Assembly: GCF_000189295.2 (NCBI RefSeq)
Contig: NC_016803.1
Location: 360,001-392,000, forward strand
Length of the DNA: 32,000 nt
Source of the DNA: Pseudodesulfovibrio mercurii
Lineage (GTDB): Bacteria; Desulfobacterota; Desulfovibrionia; Desulfovibrionales; Desulfovibrionaceae
Reading direction: 5' to 3'
Within the stretch, counting starts at the first letter, position 1. The number at the start of each line of letters is the position of its first letter. Positions 8,108-17,734 of the stretch are shown in pieces. The translations under genes were made by a program, and so were the position numbers. The notes beneath the pieces were generated by a model. That model did not search any database, had not been told where the DNA came from, and saw only the letters and a program-made list of their open reading frames with translations.

Positions 8108-9406
8108 TTATCCGGTGATGTCGAAGTGTTGCAGGATGATGCGTCCGACGTCCCGCATGCGTTCGGGCCGCGCGCCGCGGGTGTCGGCGAAAATGGCTCC
8201 GTCCACCGTATGTGTCCCGGTGCGTCCATGCAAACCAAAAATATTCCAGCGGTCGAATTTGGCCTTGAGGTCGAAGCCGGGGCGCGGTTCGCAAACCAGG
8301 TCCGGGCATTGGTCCGAGGCCGAGCCCGGATAGAACGCCGTCCCCCGGTGCACGGCCCTGAGGACCGGCGCGCCCTCGTATTTGAGGGCCATGAGCCCGT
8401 CGATGATGCGCGCGAGCAGCCCCTCGCGCTCGCCGGGCAGGACCGTGCCGCGCGCGAACCTCCTGCGCTCGTGCAGGTAGATGCGTCCGGGGTCCAGGGC
8501 GAAGGCCTTGGATTCCGGGGTGATCTTCGAGGCGTCCCACTCGTCGTCCGGCGCGCCGGACAGGGACAGGAGCCCGGCCCGCATGAGCCAGGTGTTCAGG
8601 CTGACCTCGGTGGTCAGCTCCGTGAACCCGTGGTCGGCCACGACCAGGAGCCGCTTGGGCTCGGGCAGGGCGTCGTAGCGGGCCAGGAATCGCCCGAGGG
8701 CGTGGTCCCAGTCGGCCAGGAAGCGCAGGCACTCGAAGTGGGCCGGGAGCTCGGGGCGGACGACCGCGTCCATGAGGAAGTGGAAGAGCCGGTCGGTCTC
8801 GGTGAAGACGTGCACGAACAGGTCCCAGCCCAGGTCGGGCCAGAGCATGTCCAGGGCCGTGAGCCGGGACTTGAGCGTTTCGCGCAGTTCGTCGAGTAGG
8901 TAGGCCGGATCGGTCCGGCCGCGCGTGGTGTCGGCCTCAAGCTTGTAGCCCGCCTCGCCGAGCCGGGCGGCCAGGAAGGGCGGGTAGGCCGCGCCGCGAA
9001 GGTCCGGGGCCACGAATCCGGCCACGAGCATGCCGCGCAGGGGGCGGGCCGGGTAGGTGTTGGGCAGGTTGACCACCCGCGAGACCAGGCCGCGCTCCCC
9101 GAGGCGGTCGAAGACCGTCGGGCAGGTCTCGTCCGTGGCCTGGGTGACGCGCAGGCCGTAGGTCCGGGGATCGAGGTGCGAGAAGCCGAACACGCCGTGC
9201 CCCTCCGGCCCTTCCCCGGTGGCCACGCTGGTCCAGTTGACCGGGGAGAGCTCGGGCAGTTCGGCCCGGACCGTGACCGCGTCCCCGGCCAGCCTGCGCA
9301 GGTTGGGCAGGGACGCCCCCAGGGTGCGGGCGAGGTTCAGCGGCAGGCCGTCCAGGCCGAGGACGACCAGTCGGGAACGTGGCTCGGAGGGCAGGAACAG
9401 GGACAT
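8108..9406 (-). CDS. Alkaline-phosphatase superfamily protein, nucleotide pyrophosphatase/phosphodiesterase type
   Basis: Metal-site motifs VVLGLDGL, SPVNWTSVATG (nucleophile Thr region) and VVADHGFT. The stop TAA directly abuts the helicase ATG. Confidence 0.8.
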   Translation of the reverse strand: MSLFLPSEPRSRLVVLGLDGLPLNLARTLGASLPNLRRLAGDAVTVRAELPELSPVNWTSVATGEGPEGHGVFGFSHLDPRTYGLRVTQATDETCPTVFDRLGERGLVSRVVNLPNTYPARPLRGMLVAGFVAPDLRGAAYPPFLAARLGEAGYKLEADTTRGRTDPAYLLDELRETLKSRLTALDMLWPDLGWDLFVHVFTETDRLFHFLMDAVVRPELPAHFECLRFLADWDHALGRFLARYDALPEPKRLLVVADHGFTELTTEVSLNTWLMRAGLLSLSGAPDDEWDASKITPESKAFALDPGRIYLHERRRFARGTVLPGEREGLLARIIDGLMALKYEGAPVLRAVHRGTAFYPGSASDQCPDLVCEPRPGFDLKAKFDRWNIFGLHGRTGTHTVDGAIFADTRGARPERMRDVGRIILQHFDITG

Positions 9407-9409
9407 GGC

Positions 9410-10291
9410 CTAGATCAGTTCCGCCTCGAATTTCTTGAGGAAGAAAGTGGGGTTGTAGGACATCTTCGCCTTGCGCAGCCCCTCGTCGCCGAGATCCTGC
9501 TCACGGTTGACGTTGGTGTACTCCGCGCCGTCGTTCTCCAGGAACATCTGGTTGATGGCCTGGTACACGCCCTTGTAGCGGATGTCGCCTTTCTCGAAAT
9601 GGATGACCAGGGAGTCCTCGCACAACGGCTCGGCCACGGTGTAGGCGATGACCTTGCCCTCCACCCGGATGGTCGCGCCCATCAGCCCCTTGATCTGGTC
9701 GAAGTGCTGGAGCACGCGGGTGATGGCGTGGTTCTCGGCCTTGAGCGCCTCCGAGGGGTTGTTCTCCTCGTACCACTTGTACCACTCGTCCTGCATCTCG
9801 AAGACCTCCTCCACGCACTCGGGGGCCATGGACTCGTAGGTGTACAGGTAGCTCTTCTTGAACTGGTTGAGCAGGTTCTTCTTGTTGTGGAAGGCCTTGC
9901 CCTTGAGGGCGATGAGCTCCTCCACCGAGTAGACGTAGTCCCAGTGCTCGCGGCTCTCGGTGATGGTCATTTTGTTGCCGTAGGCGATGGACCACAGCCG
10001 GGTCAGGGCCTCGGGCACGCGGACGAAGTGCTTGCCTTCGGTCATGCCCCGGCAGCCCGCCCAGTCGTAGTCCTCCCACGGGCCCACGGGCGCCCAGCAG
10101 ACCGGCTCGGGCAGGGTCTGGCGGATGAAGCACAACCCTTTGTGGAAGGCCCATTCCAGGCCGTAGTGGTCGGCCCAGCCGAAGATGTTGGCGAAGGAGA
10201 AGTCGCTGGTCAGGAGTTGCGGACAGCCGGTCAGGGCCTCGTGGTATTCGTCCTGCCGGTCCAGAGAAATGGGTTCGAACTCGAGGGTCAT
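9410..10291 (-). CDS. DUF2156 (MprF C-terminal, aminoacyl-phosphatidylglycerol-synthase-like) domain protein, standalone
   Basis: The DFSFANIFGWADHY region and overall length match the standalone DUF2156/LPG_synthase_C family as I recall it. ATG at 10289-10291 has AAGGA 7 nt upstream. The ORF-track start at 10297 is a TTG. Confidence 0.7.
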   Translation of the reverse strand: MTLEFEPISLDRQDEYHEALTGCPQLLTSDFSFANIFGWADHYGLEWAFHKGLCFIRQTLPEPVCWAPVGPWEDYDWAGCRGMTEGKHFVRVPEALTRLWSIAYGNKMTITESREHWDYVYSVEELIALKGKAFHNKKNLLNQFKKSYLYTYESMAPECVEEVFEMQDEWYKWYEENNPSEALKAENHAITRVLQHFDQIKGLMGATIRVEGKVIAYTVAEPLCEDSLVIHFEKGDIRYKGVYQAINQMFLENDGAEYTNVNREQDLGDEGLRKAKMSYNPTFFLKKFEAELI

Positions 10292-10300
10292 GGACAATCC

Positions 10301-11692
10301 TTATCTGTTTTGGCCGTTTCGATGCCGGATCATGGCGAAACGCTGCCAGTTCTTGAAATGGAAGAAATAGACCAGGGTGGACGACTGGATGACCTGCGAA
10401 CAGAACATGGCGATCCAGATGCCCTCGGCCCCGTTCATGATCTCGTGCCCCAGGAGGTAGGCCAGGGGCAGCCGGAGGCCCCAGGTGGCCCCGCCCATGA
10501 TGAGCATGTTGTACAGGGTGGCCCCGGCCCCGTTGAAGGCCCCGGCCACGATCATGCTGGTCAGGGTGAAGGGGATGGCCAGCATGTTCCACTTGAGGTA
10601 GCTGACCGCCTGGGCGGCCACGGCCGCGTCGCGGGTCAGCAGGTTCACCCACGGGTTGATGAACTGCCAGACCACCAGGGCGAAGAGGGAGATGGAGACT
10701 AGCCCCAGGGCCAGGATGCGGAAACCGAACCGCTTGGCCTCCAGGGGCTGGCGCGCCCCGAGGTAGTGGCCGATGAGGATGCTCGCGGTCATGTTGAAGG
10801 CCATGGCGGGCATGAACAGCAGGGACTCGATGCGCAGGCCGATGGACATGCCGGCCAGGGCGTTGACCGCGCCGCCGGGCAGGCTCGCGGTGATGGCGTA
10901 GAGCACCAGGTAGCCGGACTGCCAGACGACCTGCATGAGCCCCGAGGGCCAGGCCACCTTGAACAAATAGGGCGTGGCCCGCTTCATCCAGCGCCAGGGC
11001 GCGAAGCAGGCCGGGCAGAGCTGGCCCTGCCTGCCCAGGACGGCCAGGTTGAAGAGCGCGCCGCAGGTGACCGAGCCGAAGGTGGCCCAGGCCAGTCCCT
11101 TGTAGCCGATCTCCGGCATGCCGAACCAGCCCAATCCCAGGCCCAGGTCGAGCACGATGTTCATGGAGGTGACGATGATCATGCAGTAGAGCGGGTAGAA
11201 GACCTGCTTGCGCGCCCGGAAGATGGCGTTGGTGATGAGCAGCATGTAGTAGGGCGGCAGCAGGAGCAGGAACACGGTCAGGAAATACTGGGTCACCGGG
11301 CGCATGGACTCCGGGACCTGGAGGGCGGACAGGAGCAGGTTCTTGAGCGGCAGCCCCAGGAACAGGAAGGCCGCGCCGAGCATCGCCGCCAGGATGAGGC
11401 ACAGCCCGACGTAGCGCCTGGCCCGTTTTTCGAGCCCGGCCCCGATGGACTGGCTGATGGCCGCCACCGCGCCGTTGGCCACGGCCATGGCCACCACCAG
11501 CAGGAAGAACAGGGACTGGGTGATGATGCCGAGCGAGGCCTGGACCTCGCGGGATATGTAGCCCGCCACCCACACGTCCGTCATGCCGATGAGCACGTGG
11601 AACATGGTCATTATCAGCTGGGGCCAGGCCAGCCTCCAGATGGTCCGGGTGGGGGAATGCGACATCTGCGCGGTCAGATCGTTGTTCGGCAT
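10301..11692 (-). CDS. MATE family efflux transporter (MOP superfamily)
   Basis: About 12 predicted hydrophobic segments. The N-terminus WRLAWPQLIMTMFHVLIGMTDVWVAG is typical of NorM/DinF-like MATE proteins. Confidence 0.88.
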   Translation of the reverse strand: MPNNDLTAQMSHSPTRTIWRLAWPQLIMTMFHVLIGMTDVWVAGYISREVQASLGIITQSLFFLLVVAMAVANGAVAAISQSIGAGLEKRARRYVGLCLILAAMLGAAFLFLGLPLKNLLLSALQVPESMRPVTQYFLTVFLLLLPPYYMLLITNAIFRARKQVFYPLYCMIIVTSMNIVLDLGLGLGWFGMPEIGYKGLAWATFGSVTCGALFNLAVLGRQGQLCPACFAPWRWMKRATPYLFKVAWPSGLMQVVWQSGYLVLYAITASLPGGAVNALAGMSIGLRIESLLFMPAMAFNMTASILIGHYLGARQPLEAKRFGFRILALGLVSISLFALVVWQFINPWVNLLTRDAAVAAQAVSYLKWNMLAIPFTLTSMIVAGAFNGAGATLYNMLIMGGATWGLRLPLAYLLGHEIMNGAEGIWIAMFCSQVIQSSTLVYFFHFKNWQRFAMIRHRNGQNR

Positions 11693-11739
11693 GAGCGGGA
11701 TTTCGTTTGGGGTCCGCCTGCGTGGCGGGCCGCTGCTTC

Positions 11740-11767
11740 ATAATAGGGTTTTATTTCGCATTGCCAA
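11740..11767 (-). promoter_or_regulatory. Sigma70-like promoter candidate for the MATE-led gene string
   Basis: On the minus strand: TTGGCA (11762-11767), a 16-nt spacer, then TATTAT (11740-11745). It lies in a locally AT-rich patch about 48 nt upstream of the MATE ATG. Confidence 0.45.
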
Positions 11768-11862
11768 GGGGCGGTGGGCAAATTCGTCGCGTCCGGCGGG
11801 GGCCGGGACGGTTCGGACAGGCTCTTTGGCCGACGGGGTCGGGGCGGGACCGGAGACGGGGA

Positions 11863-12579
11863 TCAGTGCTGGTGCGGGACGTCCCCTTCCTCGTGCACGT
11901 GGACGTGGGTGTGCGGCTTGAGCTCGCCCGCCCGGATGCGGCCGTCGCGCATGGCCAGCAGATGGCCGGTGGTGGCGGCCAGGAAGTCCGGGTCGTGGGA
12001 GACCACCAGGCGGGCCATGTCCAGCCCCTTGAGGATGTCCACCAGTCGGTCCTTGGCCTCGGGCGAGAGTCCGGTGGTGGGCTCGTCCAGGACCAGGACC
12101 TCGGGGCGCATGGACAGGATGGTGGCCAGGGCGACCAGTTTCTTTTCGCCGCCCGACAGGCGGTGCGGCACGCGGTCCTCGAATCCGGCCAGGCCCACGG
12201 CGGCAAGGGCCTCGCGGGCGCGCTCGGCGGCCTCGTCGCGGCCGAGCCCCTGGTTGAGCGGGCCGAAGGCCACGTCGTCCAGGACCGTGGGGCAGAAGAG
12301 CTGGTCGTCCGAGTGCTGGAACAGAAAGCCGATCTTGAGCCGGGCGGCCTCGAACCCCTTGCCGTCGGTCATGGGCACGCCGAACAGCCGGACCTCGCCC
12401 CGGTCCGGGGTGAGCAGCCCCATGAGGATGTGCAGCATGGTGGACTTGCCCGCGCCGTTGGGCCCGAACAGGCCGAGCTTCTCGCCGGGGTGGAGGTGGA
12501 AGGTCAGCCCCTTGAGGGTCTCGTCGCGGCCCGGGAAGGCGTAGGTGATGTCCTTCAGTTCGATGATGGCGTGGCTCAC
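11863..12579 (-). CDS. cbiO: ECF/cobalt-nickel type ABC transporter ATP-binding protein with a His-rich C-terminal tail
   Basis: Walker A GPNGAGKST, signature LSGGEKK, Walker B VLVLDEPT. The GTG start at 12577-12579 overlaps the cbiQ stop (GTGA), with GGGGAG upstream. The tail is KPHTHVHVHEEGDVPHQH. Confidence 0.88.
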   Translation of the reverse strand: MSHAIIELKDITYAFPGRDETLKGLTFHLHPGEKLGLFGPNGAGKSTMLHILMGLLTPDRGEVRLFGVPMTDGKGFEAARLKIGFLFQHSDDQLFCPTVLDDVAFGPLNQGLGRDEAAERAREALAAVGLAGFEDRVPHRLSGGEKKLVALATILSMRPEVLVLDEPTTGLSPEAKDRLVDILKGLDMARLVVSHDPDFLAATTGHLLAMRDGRIRAGELKPHTHVHVHEEGDVPHQH

Positions 12580-13346
12580 GACAGTCTCCCCTGGATGAAG
12601 CCCATGTAGATCAGCCCGGCGCTCAGCGCGGCGCAGGCCGTGAGAAACAGGTAGTCGCCGGGCCGGGTCTCGAAGGCGGTCAGGCTGTAGAAGCGGCCCC
12701 GGAAGCCCCGGCAGAGCATGGCCCCGTGGACCCGCTCGGCGCGGTCCCAGCTTTTGACCAGGAGCATGCCCACCAGCCAGGCGAAGGTCCGGTAGGTGTG
12801 GGTGTCCGTGCGCGGCTTGAATCCGCGCGCCCGCATGGCCTGGCGCATGGTCGTGTACTCCTGGTATATGGAGAAGACGTAGCGGTGGGTGAAGAGCAGG
12901 ATGTGGCAGAGCTTGTCGGGCACGCCGAGCTGTTGCAGGGCCGGGCCCAGGTTCTGGACGGAGATGGTCCCGAGCAGGGCCATGAGGCTGACCACGATGG
13001 CGTTGGATTTGACCGTGATGAGCAGGGCGCGGTCTACGCCCTGGGCCGTGGCGATGAGCGGGCCGAGGTCGAAGATCGGCTCGCCGGGCACGGTGAAGGG
13101 CAGGAAGAGCCAGAGAAAGAGGATGAACAGGTTGACCACCAGGAGGCGGTGCAGCACGTGCAGCATGTTCAGCCGGGCCATCTTCACCAGGACGAGCCCG
13201 GCGGCCAGGGCCAGCCAGGCGGGCCGGGACGCGGGTAGCACGGCCACGGGCACGGTCAGGACCAGCGCGGCCAGGAGCCGGATGCGCGGGTCCATGCGGT
13301 GCAGAAGGGAATCGCCCGAGGCGAACGGCTCGGTCAGTGAGGCCAC
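12576..13346 (-). CDS. cbiQ: ECF transporter transmembrane (T) component, CbiQ family
   Basis: Multi-TM protein with the conserved ARGF-type coupling helices (RQAMRARGF, MLCRGFRG). GTG start at 13344-13346 is preceded by AGGAG with a 5-nt spacer. Confidence 0.85.
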   Translation of the reverse strand: MASLTEPFASGDSLLHRMDPRIRLLAALVLTVPVAVLPASRPAWLALAAGLVLVKMARLNMLHVLHRLLVVNLFILFLWLFLPFTVPGEPIFDLGPLIATAQGVDRALLITVKSNAIVVSLMALLGTISVQNLGPALQQLGVPDKLCHILLFTHRYVFSIYQEYTTMRQAMRARGFKPRTDTHTYRTFAWLVGMLLVKSWDRAERVHGAMLCRGFRGRFYSLTAFETRPGDYLFLTACAALSAGLIYMGFIQGRLS

Positions 13347-13441
13347 GCAGGCTCCTGTTCGAAAGACATTACGGGGACTTCGGTCCGACGTCCGGACCGC
13401 TGCACAGGAGTAATACAAAACCCGTGGCCGTGCAACCGGGG

Positions 13442-14005
13442 CTAGTCGGCGGCCAGTCCGACCTCCGGGGCGATGGCCGTGATGGAGTCGATGGCGATCT
13501 GGAGGAATTCGCCGAGCTCCAGGCCGATTCTGTCGCACTCGCGGATGCAGTCGCGGTTGACGCTGGCGGCGAACGCCTTGTCCTTCATTTTCTTCTTGAG
13601 GCTTTTGGGCTGCATGCCGTCGATCTTGGTCGGCCGGACCAGAGCGCCGGCGTGGACCATGCCGGTGACGGTCTCGCCGCAGCGCAGGGCGAAGTCGAAA
13701 TCGGTCTCCGGGGCCTCGGCCCCGTTCATCTCGGCGGCGTGGCGGCGGATGGCGTTCAGGGCCTCGTCGGGCAGTCTGCCTTCGAGCAGCTTCACGGTGT
13801 CCAGGCCGTGCCGGGCGTGCTCCTCCTTGGTCACGGCGTAGTCCAGGTCGTGGAGCAGGCCGGTGACGCCCCACAGCTCCTCGTCCTTGCCGAGCCTACG
13901 GGCCAGGCCGCGCAGGACCGCCTCGGACTCCAGGGCGTGGTTGATCAGGCTGGCCTCGCTGTTGTGTTCCTTGAGCAGGGTGAAGGCTTCTTCTCGGGTT
14001 ATCAT
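13442..14005 (-). CDS. HD-domain metal-dependent phosphohydrolase (small standalone HD/HDIG type)
   Basis: H...HD...H pattern (INHALESEAV, LLHDLDY, ARHG). ATG at 14003-14005 with AAGGAG 5 nt upstream. Confidence 0.8.
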   Translation of the reverse strand: MITREEAFTLLKEHNSEASLINHALESEAVLRGLARRLGKDEELWGVTGLLHDLDYAVTKEEHARHGLDTVKLLEGRLPDEALNAIRRHAAEMNGAEAPETDFDFALRCGETVTGMVHAGALVRPTKIDGMQPKSLKKKMKDKAFAASVNRDCIRECDRIGLELGEFLQIAIDSITAIAPEVGLAAD

Positions 14006-14098
14006 GTACGCTCCTTGATGTTCGGGTTCGGGCGGCATCATGCCGCAACCGGGCTGTCCGGTCCAGATACAGTTGGACGCCGGGCGGGCCGGTACAGT

Positions 14099-15058
14099 TT
14101 ATTGCCCGCCGTAGAGCCAGCAGGCCGTGCGCGTGCCGTCGGGCTGCTCCATGAGCTCGGGGCGGCCGTTCCGGCACTTGTCGAAGGCCTCGGGGCAACG
14201 GGGGTGGAAGGGGCAGCCAGCGGGCGGGTTCATGGGGCTCGGCAGGTCGCCGGTCAGGGCGATGCGCTCGGGCCGGTCCATGGGGTCGGGCCGGAGCACG
14301 GCGGACAGCAGGGCCTTGGTGTACGGGTGTTTCGGGTCGGCGAACAGGGTCCGGCTTTCGCCGATCTCCATGATCCGGCCGAGGTACATGACCGCCACCC
14401 GGTCGCAGATGTGGCTGACCACGGACAGGTCGTGGGAGATGAACACGTAGGTCAGGCCCATGCGCTCCTGGAGTTCCTTGAGCAGGCCGAGGACCTGGGC
14501 CCGGACCGAGACGTCCAGGGCGGACACCGGCTCGTCGCAGACCACCAGCCTGGGGTCCAGGGCCAGGCACCGGGCCACGGCCACGCGCTGGCGCTGGCCG
14601 CCGGAAAATTCGTGGGGATAGCGGTCGCCGTGCTCGGGCCGCAGGCCGACCAGTTTGAGCAGTTCGGCGACCTTTTCGCGGCGCTCCTCCCTGGTGCCGA
14701 TGCCGTGGATGTCCAGCCCCTCGCGGATGATGGAGCCGATCTTCTGGCGCGGGTTCAGGGAGGAATAGGGGTCCTGGAAGATCATCTGGATCTTGGAGCG
14801 CAGCTTCTTCTCGTCCCAGGCCGATATGGACCGGTTGCCGAAGATGACCTCGCCCGAGGTCACGGGCGTCAGCCCCATGATGCACTTGGCCAGGGTGGAC
14901 TTGCCGCACCCGGACTCGCCCACCAGCCCGAGGGTGTGGCCGCGCTCCACGCTCAGGGTCACGCCGTCCACGGCGCGCACCGTGCCCGTGGTCAGGCCGA
15001 GCAGGCCGCCGGAGACCTTGTAGTGCTTGGTCACGTCGATCAGTTCGAGCAGGGCCAT
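14099..15058 (-). CDS. Oligopeptide/dipeptide/nickel-type ABC transporter ATP-binding protein (OppF/DppF-like)
   Basis: Walker A GESGCGKST, signature FSGGQRQR, Walker B LVVCDEPVSALD. The C-terminal Opp-type extension carries 4 Cys (GCPFHPRCPEAFDKC...ACW). Confidence 0.92.
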   Translation of the reverse strand: MALLELIDVTKHYKVSGGLLGLTTGTVRAVDGVTLSVERGHTLGLVGESGCGKSTLAKCIMGLTPVTSGEVIFGNRSISAWDEKKLRSKIQMIFQDPYSSLNPRQKIGSIIREGLDIHGIGTREERREKVAELLKLVGLRPEHGDRYPHEFSGGQRQRVAVARCLALDPRLVVCDEPVSALDVSVRAQVLGLLKELQERMGLTYVFISHDLSVVSHICDRVAVMYLGRIMEIGESRTLFADPKHPYTKALLSAVLRPDPMDRPERIALTGDLPSPMNPPAGCPFHPRCPEAFDKCRNGRPELMEQPDGTRTACWLYGGQ

Positions 15059-15061
15059 GGC

Positions 15062-16030
<969 letters not shown>

Positions 16031-16106
16031 AAGGAATTCCACGGGTTCGCCGTAGGCCTTCTATACGGCATATTGCGGCGGACGTAAACGACGGCGGGGA
16101 GGGCAA

Positions 16107-17429
16107 ATGGCACATGTGGTGATCGTGGGCGGCGGCCTGGCCGGGTGCGACTGCGCCTGGCAACTGGCCGAGGCCGGGGTCTCGGTGACCCTCTTCGAGA
16201 TGAAGCCGGAAAAGCGCAGCGAGGCGCACACCGAGGACGGCCTGGCCGAACTGGTCTGCTCCAACTCCTTCCGGGCCACGGGCCCGGCCGCGGCCATCGG
16301 GCTGCTCAAGGAGGAGATGGAGCGGCTGGGCAGCCTGGTCATGGAGGCGGCCTTCGCCACGCGCGTCCCGGCGGGCGGGGCCCTGGCCGTGGACCGCAAC
16401 CTGTTCTCCGACTACATCACGGAGAAGATCGAGGGGCACGAGGCCATCACCGTGGTCCGCCGGGAGATCGCCTCCCTGGACGACGAGGCGCTTGCGGGCG
16501 CCGACGCGGTGGTCATCGCCGCCGGTCCCCTGGCCAGTCCGGACCTGACCGAGAGCCTCATGGCCGCGGTGGGCGACGCGCGGCTCTATTTCTACGACGC
16601 CATCGCGCCCATCGTGTCCCGCGACTCCGTGGATTTCGACAAGGCGTTCTGGGGCTCCCGCTGGAAACCCGAGGACGACGACTACCTGAACTGCCCCATG
16701 AGCGAGGCCGAGTACAAGGCCTTTGTGGCCGCCCTGCTCGAAGGGGAGAAGGTCAAGCCGCGCGAGTTCGAGAAGGAGGTCCACTTCGAGGCCTGCCTGC
16801 CCGTGGAGGCCATGGCCGAGCGCGGGGAGATGACGCTGGCCTTCGGCCCGCTCAAGCCCGTGGGCTTCACGGACCCGCGCACCGGGGAGCGGCCGTTCGC
16901 CATCGTCCAGCTGCGCACCGAGAACGCGGACAAGACCGCCTTCAACCTGGTGGGCTTCCAGACCAAGCTCAAGTATCCGGAACAGAAGCGCATCTTCCGC
17001 ATGATCCCCGGCCTGGAGAACGCCGAGTTTCTGCGCCTCGGGTCCATCCATCGCAACACCTACGTCAACGCCCCCGAGGTCCTGGACGAGACCCTGCAAC
17101 TGAAAAACCGGCCGGGCACGTATCTGGCCGGGCAGATCACCGGGGTGGAGGGGTACCTGGAGTCGGCGGCCTGCGGGCTGTGGCTCGGCCTGTCCCTGGG
17201 ACGGCGGCTGCGCGGCGAGGCCGTGATCGATCCGCCGGTGGAGACCGCCCTGGGCGCGCTCATGAACCACCTGCGGACCAAACCGGACAAGCAGTTCCAG
17301 CCGTCCAACGTCAATTTCGGGCTCATGCCGGGGCTCGAGGGCCGGATCAAAAAGAAGTTCCGCAAGGAAGCCTACGGACAGCGTGCCCAGGCGGCGTTCG
17401 CGGCCTGGATCGAGGCGGCGGGATTGTAA
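16107..17429 (+). CDS. trmFO: Methylenetetrahydrofolate--tRNA-(uracil-5-)-methyltransferase TrmFO
   Basis: FAD-binding N-terminus [15 protein letters not shown], then ELVCSNSFR and [25 protein letters not shown] before the ATG at 16107. Confidence 0.93.
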   Translation: MAHVVIVGGGLAGCDCAWQLAEAGVSVTLFEMKPEKRSEAHTEDGLAELVCSNSFRATGPAAAIGLLKEEMERLGSLVMEAAFATRVPAGGALAVDRNLFSDYITEKIEGHEAITVVRREIASLDDEALAGADAVVIAAGPLASPDLTESLMAAVGDARLYFYDAIAPIVSRDSVDFDKAFWGSRWKPEDDDYLNCPMSEAEYKAFVAALLEGEKVKPREFEKEVHFEACLPVEAMAERGEMTLAFGPLKPVGFTDPRTGERPFAIVQLRTENADKTAFNLVGFQTKLKYPEQKRIFRMIPGLENAEFLRLGSIHRNTYVNAPEVLDETLQLKNRPGTYLAGQITGVEGYLESAACGLWLGLSLGRRLRGEAVIDPPVETALGALMNHLRTKPDKQFQPSNVNFGLMPGLEGRIKKKFRKEAYGQRAQAAFAAWIEAAGL

Positions 17430-17434
17430 CGGGT

Positions 17435-17486
17435 GATCCCCGCCCCGGTCTGCTCTGCTCTGACGTTTCCGGGGCGGGGATCTTTC
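17435..17486 (+). terminator. Hairpin downstream of trmFO, a possible intrinsic terminator
   Basis: Perfect 14-bp stem GATCCCCGCCCCGG (17435-17448) / CCGGGGCGGGGATC (17469-17482) with a 20-nt loop. Only TTT follows, so the U-tract is weak. Confidence 0.45.
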
Positions 17487-17734
17487 GCTGACCCCTATGT
17501 TAGCGAAATGTGGGCCGTTTGACCGCGACCGTCCGGGGCCGCGTCGGAAAATCGTTCCCGTCCACCATTTGGAGCAAGTCCCGTTCCAGCCGTTGGCGGC
17601 CGGGGACCGTTCCCGGCTCAGGTGATGCCGCCGATAAGGAATCGCAATGCGTCGGACCCTTGCCAAGGCGGGGGCGAAGGCGCATTTTACTGGTCGAGCG
17701 GGCGCGTTTTTCGCCCGGACCAAGGAGCAAGACC

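Noticed and set aside
6032-8899. 955-aa ORF on the + strand, antisense to the uvrD and phosphodiesterase genes
   Set aside because: Its translation is low-complexity and rich in Gly/Arg/Val/Leu/His, with no recognisable motif. The opposite strand encodes textbook helicase motifs. Long antisense ORFs are expected in GC-rich DNA.
9501-11741. 746-aa minus-strand ORF in an alternative frame across the DUF2156 and MATE genes
   Set aside because: Pro/Arg/Gly/His-rich nonsense translation. The MATE and DUF2156 frames have coherent hydrophobicity and motifs.
11746-11767. Sigma54 (-24/-12) promoter at the TTGGCA upstream of the MATE gene
   Set aside because: TGGCA is present, but there is no GC dinucleotide at the -12 spacing. 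The region fits a sigma70 -35/-10 pair better.
17484-17734. SAM-I, SAM-II, SAM-IV or T-box riboswitch upstream of metY
   Set aside because: I could not find the conserved cores by eye, such as GGCAACC, AGGGA...GCCC, the SAM-II AAAGCU pseudoknot or the T-box AGGGUGGNACCGCG. The region is reported only as an unexplained structured leader.
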